From: an uncultured virus (IMG/VR IMGVR_UViG_3300045825_000547)
Taxonomy: Duplodnaviria; Heunggongvirae; Uroviricota; Caudoviricetes
Strand: one strand, 5' to 3'
IMG/VR virus record: IMGVR_UViG_3300045825_000547
Length of the DNA stretch: 64,000 nucleotides
In this document: positions 9,717 through 19,299 of the stretch, one piece after another
Position numbering within the stretch: position 1 is the stretch's first letter
How the letters are laid out: every line of letters begins with the position of its first letter
Position numbers and translations under genes: made by a program
The notes under the pieces: model-generated
Told to the model about the DNA's origin: nothing
Databases searched by the model: none
Seen by the model: the letters and a program-made list of their open reading frames with translations, nothing else

Positions 9717-10623
9717 ACTATATAATTATTCCTTTGAAGTAAGATACGCAACACCGATAAAAAGGGAGTTGGTATTCTCTGCTGCACCAGTTACCGAGTA
9801 TCCTCTCCCTCCAACCATTAAAGGTTTCAATATTCTCTATGGTGCATATAAAAATGCTCAAGCACTTGCTCCATTGAATAAAGACTTGATTGATGGAGTT
9901 TCTTTTACACATGTGCTGGCTAACTACTCCCAAATTCCTACAGGAGTGTATAGAGTGGAAGCAGAACTGGAAGATGGTACTAAGGAACAAAGTGAATTGT
10001 TTGATTTATTCTCATTCAAAGTTAGTAAGAGGGAAACAGAGTACGCAGATGCTTTCCTTCGTAGGAGCATGTTTGAGTTCTTCACTGGGCCTGGAAATAT
10101 TCCTGTGCTTTTCTATCCAAGACGAGTTAGTGGGGAGAAATGTGCGTGTTCTCCGGTAGGACAAGGAAGTGCAGCTTTTAATTGCATGAACTGCTTAGGG
10201 GTTGGGTTTATCGGCGGCTATCATGGCCCTATTCTTGGATTCATAGATTATGCGTCTATGGATGGGAAAACAAAAGACAATGGAAAAATCATTATTGCTG
10301 AAAATTCGTCTAATGCTATACGCACTAGTGCTGGCTTTGTGCTTCTTCGAGCTTACGACATCATCAGGGAGCTAAGACCTCCGTTCCAAGCATGGGAAGT
10401 GATTAATGTGCAGGTAAGCAGATTCAATGCTAGACCTGTGCACTTACAGATGCCTGTTAAGATGTTAGATAGTGGGCACCCGATCTATAAGCTTCCACTG
10501 TTGCAACCGGAATACTACCCAGATGTGATTCCTTATAGGCAAATAGACAAAGAGACCGGATTGATAGTAAGTTTTGAGGATGAATATGATAAAATGGCAA
10601 GCAGTCTCAAAGCAATCACTTAA
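9709..10623 (+). CDS. putative neck/head-closure protein with zinc ribbon
   Basis: G-E-K-C-x-C...C-x-x-C-x-G-x-G-F-I-G-G-Y motif; position in the neck module. Confidence 0.55.
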   Translation: MSKLYNYSFEVRYATPIKRELVFSAAPVTEYPLPPTIKGFNILYGAYKNAQALAPLNKDLIDGVSFTHVLANYSQIPTGVYRVEAELEDGTKEQSELFDLFSFKVSKRETEYADAFLRRSMFEFFTGPGNIPVLFYPRRVSGEKCACSPVGQGSAAFNCMNCLGVGFIGGYHGPILGFIDYASMDGKTKDNGKIIIAENSSNAIRTSAGFVLLRAYDIIRELRPPFQAWEVINVQVSRFNARPVHLQMPVKMLDSGHPIYKLPLLQPEYYPDVIPYRQIDKETGLIVSFEDEYDKMASSLKAIT

Positions 10624-10930
10624 AGCGGCGACACCAGGTTTCCAGGCTAGGTTAAGTGAAGCTCTAGGGCATCAAATCAACTCGCTACAAAACATGATTC
10701 CGGAATTGAGAGACGTCAATATAGCAAAATCTGTTTCTGCAGAGGGCCATGTGGAAATAACCCTCTCTAGTAGACCTGGAACACATAAAGTGAAAAATGC
10801 TAAAAGAACTGCCCGCCCCTACGAGAATCCTTTCGGGGACGGACTCGGGGAAGCTAAAAAAATGGAACAGTTGCGAGATCAACTGGTTCCTTATGTGAAG
10901 ACTTGTATTAAGAATGCTCTTCGGGGGTAA
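10574..10930 (+). CDS. hypothetical neck-module protein (start probably ~10586)
   Basis: Overlaps the upstream gene; ends the plus-strand operon. Confidence 0.45.
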   Translation: MRMNMIKWQAVSKQSLKAATPGFQARLSEALGHQINSLQNMIPELRDVNIAKSVSAEGHVEITLSSRPGTHKVKNAKRTARPYENPFGDGLGEAKKMEQLRDQLVPYVKTCIKNALRG

Positions 10931-11051
10931 TAGGGTGCACTTCCACGTTAAGTCCTGCATCCCTTAATCTTTGAATTTCCTCTTTTGGTAAATATGTTAT
11001 ATCTAAACTAAATTCACCATACATGATATTTGATAATACCGGGTCATTCAT
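10908..11051 (-). CDS. small hypothetical protein (47 aa, not in ORF track)
   Basis: MNDPVLSNIMYGEF...; starts 2 nt after the upstream stop. Confidence 0.4.
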   Translation of the reverse strand: MNDPVLSNIMYGEFSLDITYLPKEEIQRLRDAGLNVEVHPITPEEHS

Positions 11052-11053
11052 GT

Positions 11054-11200
11054 TTACGCACCCTTTACCACATCGGTTAATACGGTGACCAAGCCTAGTG
11101 CTTGCTCCTTAGTAATGCCTTCCACTTCCAGTGACACTTTATACCCCTTGCTGTCATTTTCGTCAAGGTTGTCTATTTGCAAATCAATTGATAATCCCAT
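11054..11200 (-). CDS. small hypothetical protein (48 aa, not in ORF track)
   Basis: AGGAGG RBS then MGLSIDLQIDNLDEND...; directly after the YqaJ gene. Confidence 0.55.
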   Translation of the reverse strand: MGLSIDLQIDNLDENDSKGYKVSLEVEGITKEQALGLVTVLTDVVKGA

Positions 11201-11209
11201 AAAATCCTC

Positions 11210-12094
11210 CTATTTAATTTTTAAACTTTCTACAGGCGAAGCTTTTGTATATTTTGCCGCAAGCTCTGGCTGCTCTTCTTGGAACAGTTTGGTTTGGAAA
11301 GTGTTTCGTAAGCTAGAAACAATTTCCGCTACATGCTTCAGTCCGTTTATACTTCTCACATTGCTGGTGCTCATATAGAGTTTAAGAATGTTAGCTAATT
11401 CTGCGTATCTTTTTTCTATTTTCTTCTTAGATTCCGCTAGCCCCACATACTCCTCTAGTAGCTTATCGATTTCGTCTGCATTGCTCAACGAAAGGGGTGG
11501 ACTTTTAGGAACAACGTGGTTTTTCCAGAATAATTCCACTCTCTCATACGCCTTGTCCCATTCTTCCTTATCCCATTTTACGGTAAAGGTTTTATACTTG
11601 TCTGAAACAGGTGAGTGCATAACCAAATGGCCAATCTCACTGGTTGGTTGGCACACGGCAAGCTGCTGCATCACTTGCCAGTAGAAATGCTCTGGAATTT
11701 CTTCTGAATGCCACACTTCACGCTTAAATACGGTCTTAGCTTCCACTATACTGTACATCGACCCATCGGCGTTACGGGTTTCCCCGTCCAATGATGCGAA
11801 TACTAGTGGGTAGTCGGAATTGGTGTAGAACATATCTTTTTCTACGAGCACTTGCTGCCCTAGATTCGCTTCTGTCCATTTTATGATCTCTATCTCTTTC
11901 TCATTCCCCTTAGCCATAGCTGCGTTAGCTTTTTCTTCAGGCTGCGCAGAAGATGTTTTTTGGAGATAAAGTTTTTCGATAGTCTGGTAAGGGTTAACAC
12001 CAAAGAAGGTGGGGATCTCGGAAGCTCCTATCCCCCTTTGTCTAGCTGCTAACCATTCTTCTCTTGAGTTGAATTTGTTTTTCTCTATTGCCAT
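11210..12094 (-). CDS. YqaJ-like (lambda exonuclease family) recombination nuclease
   Basis: WLAARQRGIGASE, ASLDG, EAKT and YWQV motifs. Confidence 0.88.
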   Translation of the reverse strand: MAIEKNKFNSREEWLAARQRGIGASEIPTFFGVNPYQTIEKLYLQKTSSAQPEEKANAAMAKGNEKEIEIIKWTEANLGQQVLVEKDMFYTNSDYPLVFASLDGETRNADGSMYSIVEAKTVFKREVWHSEEIPEHFYWQVMQQLAVCQPTSEIGHLVMHSPVSDKYKTFTVKWDKEEWDKAYERVELFWKNHVVPKSPPLSLSNADEIDKLLEEYVGLAESKKKIEKRYAELANILKLYMSTSNVRSINGLKHVAEIVSSLRNTFQTKLFQEEQPELAAKYTKASPVESLKIK

Positions 12095-12098
12095 TGTA

Positions 12099-12467
12099 TT
12101 AAGCCTTTCTGTATTTTATAATAACTCGACCGTTTAGGCCATCTAGTAGCAGGTCTTTGTAGTTATTTATGTTTATTAACTCTTGTAGGGAAAGAGCATC
12201 ACTGTCTAGCTCAATAACCAAAGCTTTGTAGTGCTCATGCATTTCACCAGAGATCATTTTTATTGTAGTGGTTCTGCTATTGATAGTACGTTCATCGCAC
12301 ACATGAATTGCCTGCAATACGTCTAAAACAGGTTCCACGATATCCGGATACCCTTTTAGGTAGATCTCCACGTCTTTTGGTACGGCGCACCCGTAATCAT
12401 CCTCAAGGATTTTATTAAATTTTTCAATTGTTTCCGCCCAAGTCGGCAATGTTTCATTAAGTTCCAT
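12099..12467 (-). CDS. hypothetical protein
   Basis: Tightly packed in the replication operon. Confidence 0.6.
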   Translation of the reverse strand: MELNETLPTWAETIEKFNKILEDDYGCAVPKDVEIYLKGYPDIVEPVLDVLQAIHVCDERTINSRTTTIKMISGEMHEHYKALVIELDSDALSLQELININNYKDLLLDGLNGRVIIKYRKA

Positions 12468-12470
12468 AAA

Positions 12471-15065
12471 TTACTTAGCCTCATCCCAATAATTAGCTAT
12501 ATGCCCTTCGGCTTTCACCTGAACAGTCTTAAGAATAAGCTGTCCTGCTCTGATCATTTCTTCTTGCATAATCTGCAACACTTTAGGAGCATCTTGCTCT
12601 GCGGCCTCACAGATTATCTCATCATGTACGCAATTAACTAATATCCCGTCCACTTTCTCGCGTTGGAGACGGTCATGGATAAAAGAAATTGCAAACGCCA
12701 CTATATCTTTCTCGGTTGCCTGAACAGGGAAGTTGGTTGCTTTGGTAAAGCTATCCGCAATGATTCTTCGCCCGTAGAGGCTCTCCACGTAATACTTGCC
12801 CCCTCTTTCTGTTCGAGAGCATTTTGTGTGCCACTGTTTCACTCCTTTGTAGAGAGAAAAGTATCGATTTCGGATCTCTCTGCTTTGTTCCTCCGAATAG
12901 TATAACTCATAAGACGTACGAGCATACTCTTGGAACTTAGGAGCTCCCATTCCGAAACAATTATGACTCACAAGCCCATTCGCTATGAAGCTGTGGTCAT
13001 CTTCCACGGTTATGTCATATACAAGTTCTTCTGGGACGGAGAATTGTTCTATTTTTACAATAGGTTCGGAGAATTTCCAACCCCACGGTTCCGCTAAATC
13101 TGGAGTTATAATCGCCATCCCTTTTGTAAGGTGCTCAGTCTCAACCCAATAGGTGTTGTCTTCTTCATACTCCAGTTCTGGGAACACTTTGTCCGCACTT
13201 TTTTCATTCCACCCTTCTACTTGCCAACGATGCTCTTTAGAGCATTCCACTTGTTTCCCAGTGATTGTGGTGATTCTGTACAAGTCTGCGAGAGGTCTCT
13301 CGTATTTATGTGTAACTTTTTTCCAATTCCCTTTGTGAGTCAAAACTGTTGCTCCTACGCCTAAACCCTTGATAGGGAAAAGCCCTGAAACCGTTGTCAC
13401 TAGAGTGTTACCGCGAGCGCAAAGACCGAAATTGGCTGCTTTTGCTTCCTTTCTCATCAATTTAGTCACGAATTCGGCATTTATGCCATTAACTGTCGCA
13501 GCTGTTGCTATATGCAGGTCCATAAGCGGGAATTCGGGGTTATTCAGTGGCTGTGGGTTGTTGATAATATCAAGCATAACGGGATCTTGGCTAATCTCGG
13601 CGATAATAACAAGTTGGATCTGAGAATAATCCACAACGACTAGCTTTCTACCTGGAGGGGCATTAAACATGTGGCGGAGATTAATCCCGTGCTTATGGGA
13701 GTTCTTGATATTCTGCAGATTAGGCTTAGGGCAAGAAGTACGACCACTTATTGCACCCCACTGTTTAAAGGAAGTGTAGAGACGAGAAGAAACCTTGTCT
13801 TTACAGGCATGGAACTCTTCTATTCTCTTTATATTCCCTGTGGTGGACTTGTAGTTGTAGAAAGTATCAAGAAGAGGGAACCCCTTATTAATAAATTCTT
13901 TTGTTTCATCTTGATCGGTTGTTTCTATCTGAGAAAGATAGTACCAGTTGCCGTCAGGGCGGAGGAAACCTAAGTGTCCTAAAGAATCTGTAAGATATGC
14001 GTACATTTTCTTAGGACTGTTAGGGTTTATGATCCTTCCTTTGTCCCCCAGTGCGGTAAAGAACTCAGATTTCAGTCTAGTCTCCAAAGCACGGAGCTGC
14101 CCGTAGGCAACGTCTATGTTCTGGGCATCAACTGAAATCCCATTGTGCTCCATAATCATAAGGCGAGGGAGAAGATAAAATTCTAGTTGAGCAACTTTAT
14201 TCCTCACTCCAAATACCTTAGCAAATACGGATTCTCTATTCTTTGAGAAGTACTTTGGGTCTTTATCCATGAGCTCGGTCATGATAGGAACTAATTTAGC
14301 GACTATCCATGTGTCTCTACCTGAGTAAGCCACTTGCTCCGGAGTGAATAACATTCCACCCCAGTTTGAGAGCTGCATCTCCTTGCTAAGCTTAATGCCT
14401 AAGTATTCAGCAGCCACATGCTTCAATCCATAGAACACTTTCCTTTCGCAGTGAATAACTTTTGCAGCAATGAATGTGTCAAAACATGCTAAAGGGAGAA
14501 TCTCGAAAATCCTATAAGTAAAACGAAGGTCAAACTTTAAGTTGTGTCCTGCAACCCCTCTTGCGAAGGCTAAGGTGATGATACCCCTCAGATGTTCCCA
14601 CTCCATTCCGCCCTGAAACGCATAATTTCCTACTTTAAATACGTAGGTACGTTTCCCGTCGGAAAGGGAGAAGGCGCCAACTAAGTCTTTTCTCCACCAA
14701 GGTTGTTCGTTCCTCTTAAATGCTTGAAAATCTGGGTGAAAAGTCTCTATATCGTAAGATATCCACTTTAATCCCGAAATCCATTCGCTCACTTCATCTT
14801 GAATTTCAAGAAGTCCTTTTAGGTTATCCACATACACGGCAATGTTTTTTCCTGCGGTAAGGTGTGGTTCTACAGAACGAGCTGTGTCCATGTCTACAAA
14901 GAACACGTCCGCGTTGCCTGAGAAGTGGGAGAAATCCCCGCTCTTCATAGCAGCTAGTGCTTCGTCAGGTTCGTCAGTAAGATAGTCTTCGCAATCTTCG
15001 TCTTCATAATCTTCTATGTCAAAATCAGATTCCGGATATTGGAATTCTATGTCAGTGTCCATCAT
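12471..15065 (-). CDS. polA: DNA polymerase family A with 3'-5' exonuclease domain and intein
   Basis: Exo I DIET, Exo II HNLKFD, Exo III YSGRD; SGRTS-PNLQN; motif A DYSQIQL; motif B KAANFG; motif C VHDE. Confidence 0.92.
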   Translation of the reverse strand: MMDTDIEFQYPESDFDIEDYEDEDCEDYLTDEPDEALAAMKSGDFSHFSGNADVFFVDMDTARSVEPHLTAGKNIAVYVDNLKGLLEIQDEVSEWISGLKWISYDIETFHPDFQAFKRNEQPWWRKDLVGAFSLSDGKRTYVFKVGNYAFQGGMEWEHLRGIITLAFARGVAGHNLKFDLRFTYRIFEILPLACFDTFIAAKVIHCERKVFYGLKHVAAEYLGIKLSKEMQLSNWGGMLFTPEQVAYSGRDTWIVAKLVPIMTELMDKDPKYFSKNRESVFAKVFGVRNKVAQLEFYLLPRLMIMEHNGISVDAQNIDVAYGQLRALETRLKSEFFTALGDKGRIINPNSPKKMYAYLTDSLGHLGFLRPDGNWYYLSQIETTDQDETKEFINKGFPLLDTFYNYKSTTGNIKRIEEFHACKDKVSSRLYTSFKQWGAISGRTSCPKPNLQNIKNSHKHGINLRHMFNAPPGRKLVVVDYSQIQLVIIAEISQDPVMLDIINNPQPLNNPEFPLMDLHIATAATVNGINAEFVTKLMRKEAKAANFGLCARGNTLVTTVSGLFPIKGLGVGATVLTHKGNWKKVTHKYERPLADLYRITTITGKQVECSKEHRWQVEGWNEKSADKVFPELEYEEDNTYWVETEHLTKGMAIITPDLAEPWGWKFSEPIVKIEQFSVPEELVYDITVEDDHSFIANGLVSHNCFGMGAPKFQEYARTSYELYYSEEQSREIRNRYFSLYKGVKQWHTKCSRTERGGKYYVESLYGRRIIADSFTKATNFPVQATEKDIVAFAISFIHDRLQREKVDGILVNCVHDEIICEAAEQDAPKVLQIMQEEMIRAGQLILKTVQVKAEGHIANYWDEAK
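12960..13421 (-). mobile_element. mini-intein (154 aa) in polymerase motif B
   Basis: Begins CARGNTLV; block B CSKEHRW; ends VYDITVEDDHSFIANGLVSHN followed by Cys; no endonuclease domain. Confidence 0.92.
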
Positions 15066-15085
15066 TTTATTAGCCCTTTTTGTTT

Positions 15086-15310
15086 TTATATTGTGTCTAG
15101 GTATCTTGCGTATTTTTCACTAGTTGCACCTGATAGGTCATTTAAAACTTTTGCAAGTTTATACTGCATAGTCGAGAACAACATGGCTGCATAAAAATTA
15201 TAAAGCCTAGTAGGAGAAACAGAAGCATCAATGCCTTCCTCCTCTCTTTTTCTGACACATGTCGCAGCCGCTAAGTCTAAAAAAATGTGTTCCCATGGTG
15301 CGTAGTTCAT
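15086..15310 (-). CDS. hypothetical protein
   Basis: Between the primase and polymerase genes, same strand. Confidence 0.5.
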   Translation of the reverse strand: MNYAPWEHIFLDLAAATCVRKREEEGIDASVSPTRLYNFYAAMLFSTMQYKLAKVLNDLSGATSEKYARYLDTI

Positions 15311-15366
15311 AATTTAACCCTTTTTTGTAATAAGTACTGCAGTATACCACAGATTACTTATTTTTC

Positions 15367-18300
15367 CTACACATTTAAGAGGATATCCCTGTAGTTTAAC
15401 CCATCATCGGATAATTCTGGACTATCTATGTATTCCATTCGAGCCTCTTGAAGAAGCATAGGAACTAGAGTATCTGGTGAGATGCGTATTTCCTCTTGTC
15501 GTTCTTTTAGCACCCTTATCATATCGTCAAAGGTGAAAAACTTAGCCAGTTTTGGTGTGTAGCGGTACATAAAGTCAAATTGGTACCCATATCGCAATAA
15601 GTATTTACGTGCGTCTTCGCTCAAGCCTTTATGCCCGTCTTTGATTGCTTGTTCAAACATTTCTATCTGAGCACCTAAGTACGCTATTTTCTTAGATTTC
15701 AAATGTTCTATGTTACTAACCATACGTTGGTTATCTTGTTTGTCTTTAGGTGTAACTTCGATCATTTCATCCACTTCAAAAGGAAGCGGCACGTCATCCA
15801 TAACAATTAGGTTAAAGTGTTTATCAGGTTGCTGCACACTTCTAAGACGACCTGCGGTTTGGATCATTGTGGCACTTCGTTTGTACCAGAAAGCATTCCT
15901 AACTAAGTCATTCTCTGTGTCTTTACAAATAATAAAGTCATGTGTTCCGTCAGCTTTCTTAGGACCGTAAGGACGAGCTACAAGAACGGTTCTGATATCT
16001 CCATTTCCTTTCTCCACTTCGGCAGCAGTTGCAGATAAGTTAGGGATAGGTACACCCACGGTGAAGAGTGTTGTCACGCCCGCATCGTAGAAAGTATTAG
16101 TCGCCCTATCATCATTCCACCAGTACCCGAAAGTGGTACCAGGCTCAAACATGTTTCGGATAGAATCGTCTTCCACCACACTTTTATAGGTAATGATCCC
16201 TATTTTCTCATCCGGGTGCTCTTTTTGGTAGTTAACAATAAATGCCATTTGTGCAATGATGTTATCTCTACCTTTCTTTTTCTTAATAACAGATTTGTAG
16301 GAAGGAGAGAATCCTTTAACAACCTTCACTGTTATGTTCTCAAACGGATCTGCTTCTGCACTTATTATGTAAGGGCGTTGTCCGAAAATTCTAGTAAGTC
16401 CTTCTATATCTGCAGTAGCATCAAATATTATGAAGCCACTTACTTTCTCTAGAGTATCTTTGAATTTAGGATCAACTCCTTTTATTATCCAAGTATCCTC
16501 TTCTCCTTCTATGGAGTGTTGGAAGTAGATGTCGCCGAAGCTTTTTCCACTAAACACTTCAAGGAACATAAAAAAGAATCTTTTGATGTCGTTTATGCTA
16601 GATGTTTCCCCTTCGTCTTCTACGGAAATTCCGTTCTCTCTAACCTTAATGAATTTCTTACTAACTGCATCTGGTTCAGGTAGACGGAGCCATTCACTTA
16701 TTGGGTAAAGGTCTTGCCCGCCTTCTGCTTCAATCTCTAAAGCCACATCTCTACCAGTTAGTCCTGCTTTGGTTCTACCAAGAATCTTTTCTATAAAGAC
16801 TACGGTATCAGAAACAATGTTTTTCCATTTTGAATGGTTACGGAGAACAGAATAGAGAGTTTGGAAGTTGGTGCGTGTTATCTTTAAATCAATGAACGGA
16901 GATAAACTTCCCCAGTCATCACAGAATACTACATCACCTTCTCTCGCTTGGAAGGACGCCATGTTCATTCTTGAGTAGATTGAGTTTTTGGTAACTTGTT
17001 TATCCGATAGGTAGTCGCAGCTCTTCATAAAAGGACATTTCATACAAATATCTTTTCTTATTTCCAATACTTGTCTGTTTTCTCTTAGTTTGATGATGTC
17101 TTGTGACTGAGGGCAGTTGCCTGGGATTATTACTTGATCCCCATCATGCGCGTGACGATACTTTTTGGTTTTAGGATCAAATGTCCAACCTTTGTCATTT
17201 CTTCCTCTAGTGATTTTCCATTTCTTGTCAACCAAGGTCTGAACCGTGTTGTTCATAGGGCTTAGTTCAAGCATTTTGAATCTCTTAGGAACATCATGCG
17301 CTAATTGGCGCTCTAGTTCTTTAGGAACTTTAACAGGGTCTGCGTAATCAAAGGTGAGTTGGTTTCTCATTAAGTAGGCGGGGTGTTTCTTCTCCACCTC
17401 TTCTTGCCATACTGCTTTAAAAGGAACTAACTCAACTCTGCCTGCTCTATGCGATTTTCCGGTACCGGTAGGGGATATGTCCACAATAAACTTGTGATTA
17501 GGGATCAGTTTTGCAAATACTTCAGGCCCTGCATCTTTTTTGTATATAAAATCTGGTTTTATATTAAAAGATGTCAGATCTTTCTTAACAAAACGAAGTT
17601 GGTCAATCTGAGCTTCTGTGTAGATTTGCCCAGGCTTAATAAGGGTGCTGCATATTTTCTCACGAGCACCAAAGTGCATAGTAGCGAAGAACTCTTCCGC
17701 ACTCATTCTAGTCCAAACAACTCCACCCATTTTATGGTCAAGAAGAATTGCGTCATCAATTCCTTTTAAAGTTGCATCTAGTTTTTTATTAGGATGCTTC
17801 CAAACAAGGAAATATGCATTTAAGTCTAACGAGCTACAAAAATCAGCGAGTTTATAGGTATTAACTGCAACTGCTTCGTTTGTTTTGAAATCTCTATCAG
17901 GTGCAAGTACCATTGTTTTGTGGCGGTTATCTAGTATGTATCGTCTCACCTCTTCATGGGTAAAATTCCCAACCCCTCTAGTACCAATAACAGATTCATT
18001 AAAGTAATAGTTTACTGCCAGAGCTTTAAGCTCCCCTTCCGTTATGAAGAGGCATTTTCCAGGAGCTTCGAGTTTAAAACGGTGTTTTGATCGATCTTGT
18101 TGGAGGTTTGTATCTAGGAAAGTTGCAGGAGGAAGGTATTTCTCATGCTCATCAACTACCAGAGCACTAGGTTTTTCAGATCTTGTTTGTTTTAGGGTAT
18201 TCACGGTTTTGAACCCCATGTATCTGTGTTTGTATGTACCAACTATCTCTCCCTCTTTTCTGATAGTGAGGCCTATCTTCTTACCTTGTCTGTAAATAGG

Positions 18301-18909
18301 AATAAGGAGGCCGTCAATACCTAACATAGGACGGTAACGCATTTCCCACACATTTACTTTGTCGGTAGATGATTGTAGTTTATTATACTGGAGCATAGGT
18401 GCTTTTGGGTAGCCCCCTATGATGTTAATTCCATCAAAAGTGGGTTCATACCAGCATACGTCTTTTTCGTCTATGAGCCAGTTTACATACTCTTTGGGAT
18501 AGCCCCTACGTGCAAGAGCTATACGAGTTTTTTCAAGAGGATCAGTAATTGCTGACTGGATACCAAGTCTCACGTCTTCTATAGTTCTATCCATAGAATT
18601 GAGGTTCATGGAAACGTATTCGGCATGCCAGTGCATTTTGATTTTCTTCGGCTCGATGTACTGGTTTTTAAACCCGCCGTTCTTTACGATAATCCCCATT
18701 TCGCATTTAACGCATCTGCCGTAAATGGGTTCGCCGTCTGGATCGTCTTCCAGAGGCATGGTGCCCGCATGACCTTTATCGTCCCCACAATTAGGGCACA
18801 CGATTAAGCGCTGAAAAGCACTCCATGCGGAATCTGTTTGTTGATCTTTGAGATACTTGAATTTGTCAACGATAACTCGGTCTAAGCTATGTTGCATGGT
18901 TAAAGACAT
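15367..18909 (-). CDS. primase-helicase/Rep-like protein (zinc finger + DUF3854-like TOPRIM + SF2 helicase)
   Basis: CPNC..CVKC; ITEGELKA; APDRD; GIDD; Walker A SPTGTGKS; Cys cluster CMKCPFMKSC; QTAGRLR. Confidence 0.8.
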   Translation of the reverse strand: MSLTMQHSLDRVIVDKFKYLKDQQTDSAWSAFQRLIVCPNCGDDKGHAGTMPLEDDPDGEPIYGRCVKCEMGIIVKNGGFKNQYIEPKKIKMHWHAEYVSMNLNSMDRTIEDVRLGIQSAITDPLEKTRIALARRGYPKEYVNWLIDEKDVCWYEPTFDGINIIGGYPKAPMLQYNKLQSSTDKVNVWEMRYRPMLGIDGLLIPIYRQGKKIGLTIRKEGEIVGTYKHRYMGFKTVNTLKQTRSEKPSALVVDEHEKYLPPATFLDTNLQQDRSKHRFKLEAPGKCLFITEGELKALAVNYYFNESVIGTRGVGNFTHEEVRRYILDNRHKTMVLAPDRDFKTNEAVAVNTYKLADFCSSLDLNAYFLVWKHPNKKLDATLKGIDDAILLDHKMGGVVWTRMSAEEFFATMHFGAREKICSTLIKPGQIYTEAQIDQLRFVKKDLTSFNIKPDFIYKKDAGPEVFAKLIPNHKFIVDISPTGTGKSHRAGRVELVPFKAVWQEEVEKKHPAYLMRNQLTFDYADPVKVPKELERQLAHDVPKRFKMLELSPMNNTVQTLVDKKWKITRGRNDKGWTFDPKTKKYRHAHDGDQVIIPGNCPQSQDIIKLRENRQVLEIRKDICMKCPFMKSCDYLSDKQVTKNSIYSRMNMASFQAREGDVVFCDDWGSLSPFIDLKITRTNFQTLYSVLRNHSKWKNIVSDTVVFIEKILGRTKAGLTGRDVALEIEAEGGQDLYPISEWLRLPEPDAVSKKFIKVRENGISVEDEGETSSINDIKRFFFMFLEVFSGKSFGDIYFQHSIEGEEDTWIIKGVDPKFKDTLEKVSGFIIFDATADIEGLTRIFGQRPYIISAEADPFENITVKVVKGFSPSYKSVIKKKKGRDNIIAQMAFIVNYQKEHPDEKIGIITYKSVVEDDSIRNMFEPGTTFGYWWNDDRATNTFYDAGVTTLFTVGVPIPNLSATAAEVEKGNGDIRTVLVARPYGPKKADGTHDFIICKDTENDLVRNAFWYKRSATMIQTAGRLRSVQQPDKHFNLIVMDDVPLPFEVDEMIEVTPKDKQDNQRMVSNIEHLKSKKIAYLGAQIEMFEQAIKDGHKGLSEDARKYLLRYGYQFDFMYRYTPKLAKFFTFDDMIRVLKERQEEIRISPDTLVPMLLQEARMEYIDSPELSDDGLNYRDILLNV

Positions 18910-19035
18910 AAAACTCCTTCAAGTGCCATAACAGCACTAAATGCTTAAATTAATTAATAACTACTTCCTTGCGCTGAAAGTACCTTTGCAGTAAAAAATA
19001 TAAAAACTGTTTAATCTGAACTACGTTCATTAACG

Positions 19036-19064
19036 ATTGTAGCATATAGTCTTTTTTTTGTCAA
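19036..19064 (-). promoter_or_regulatory. sigma70-type promoter for the replication operon
   Basis: TTGACA-17 bp-TACAAT with extended TG. Confidence 0.75.
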
Positions 19065-19183
19065 AAAAAATAACCTCTAGGGTTAGTTTATATTTTATTA
19101 CTGAATTAATTCACCAAACATTTACGTAAGGAGACTTTACCCACACTGGTGAGTGCGGTATATACAGTATAACATAAAAACAT

Positions 19184-19246
19184 CTATATGTACAGAGCTA
19201 TGACCCAGAAGCAGACTGAGCTAAAAAGAAACTCGTTTGTTTTCAT
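19184..19246 (-). CDS. possible 20-aa hydrophobic peptide MKTNEFLFSSVCFWVIALYI
   Basis: Follows promoter motif copy 2; weak TAAGG RBS. Confidence 0.25.
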   Translation of the reverse strand: MKTNEFLFSSVCFWVIALYI

Positions 19247-19261
19247 TTTATAAACCTTAGG

Positions 19262-19299
19262 CTCACCAGTCTTATGCCAAAAAATACCCAATTATTGCC
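19262..19299 (-). promoter_or_regulatory. phage promoter motif, copy 2
   Basis: GGCAAT-N17-CATAAG-ACTGG-TGAG. Confidence 0.6.
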
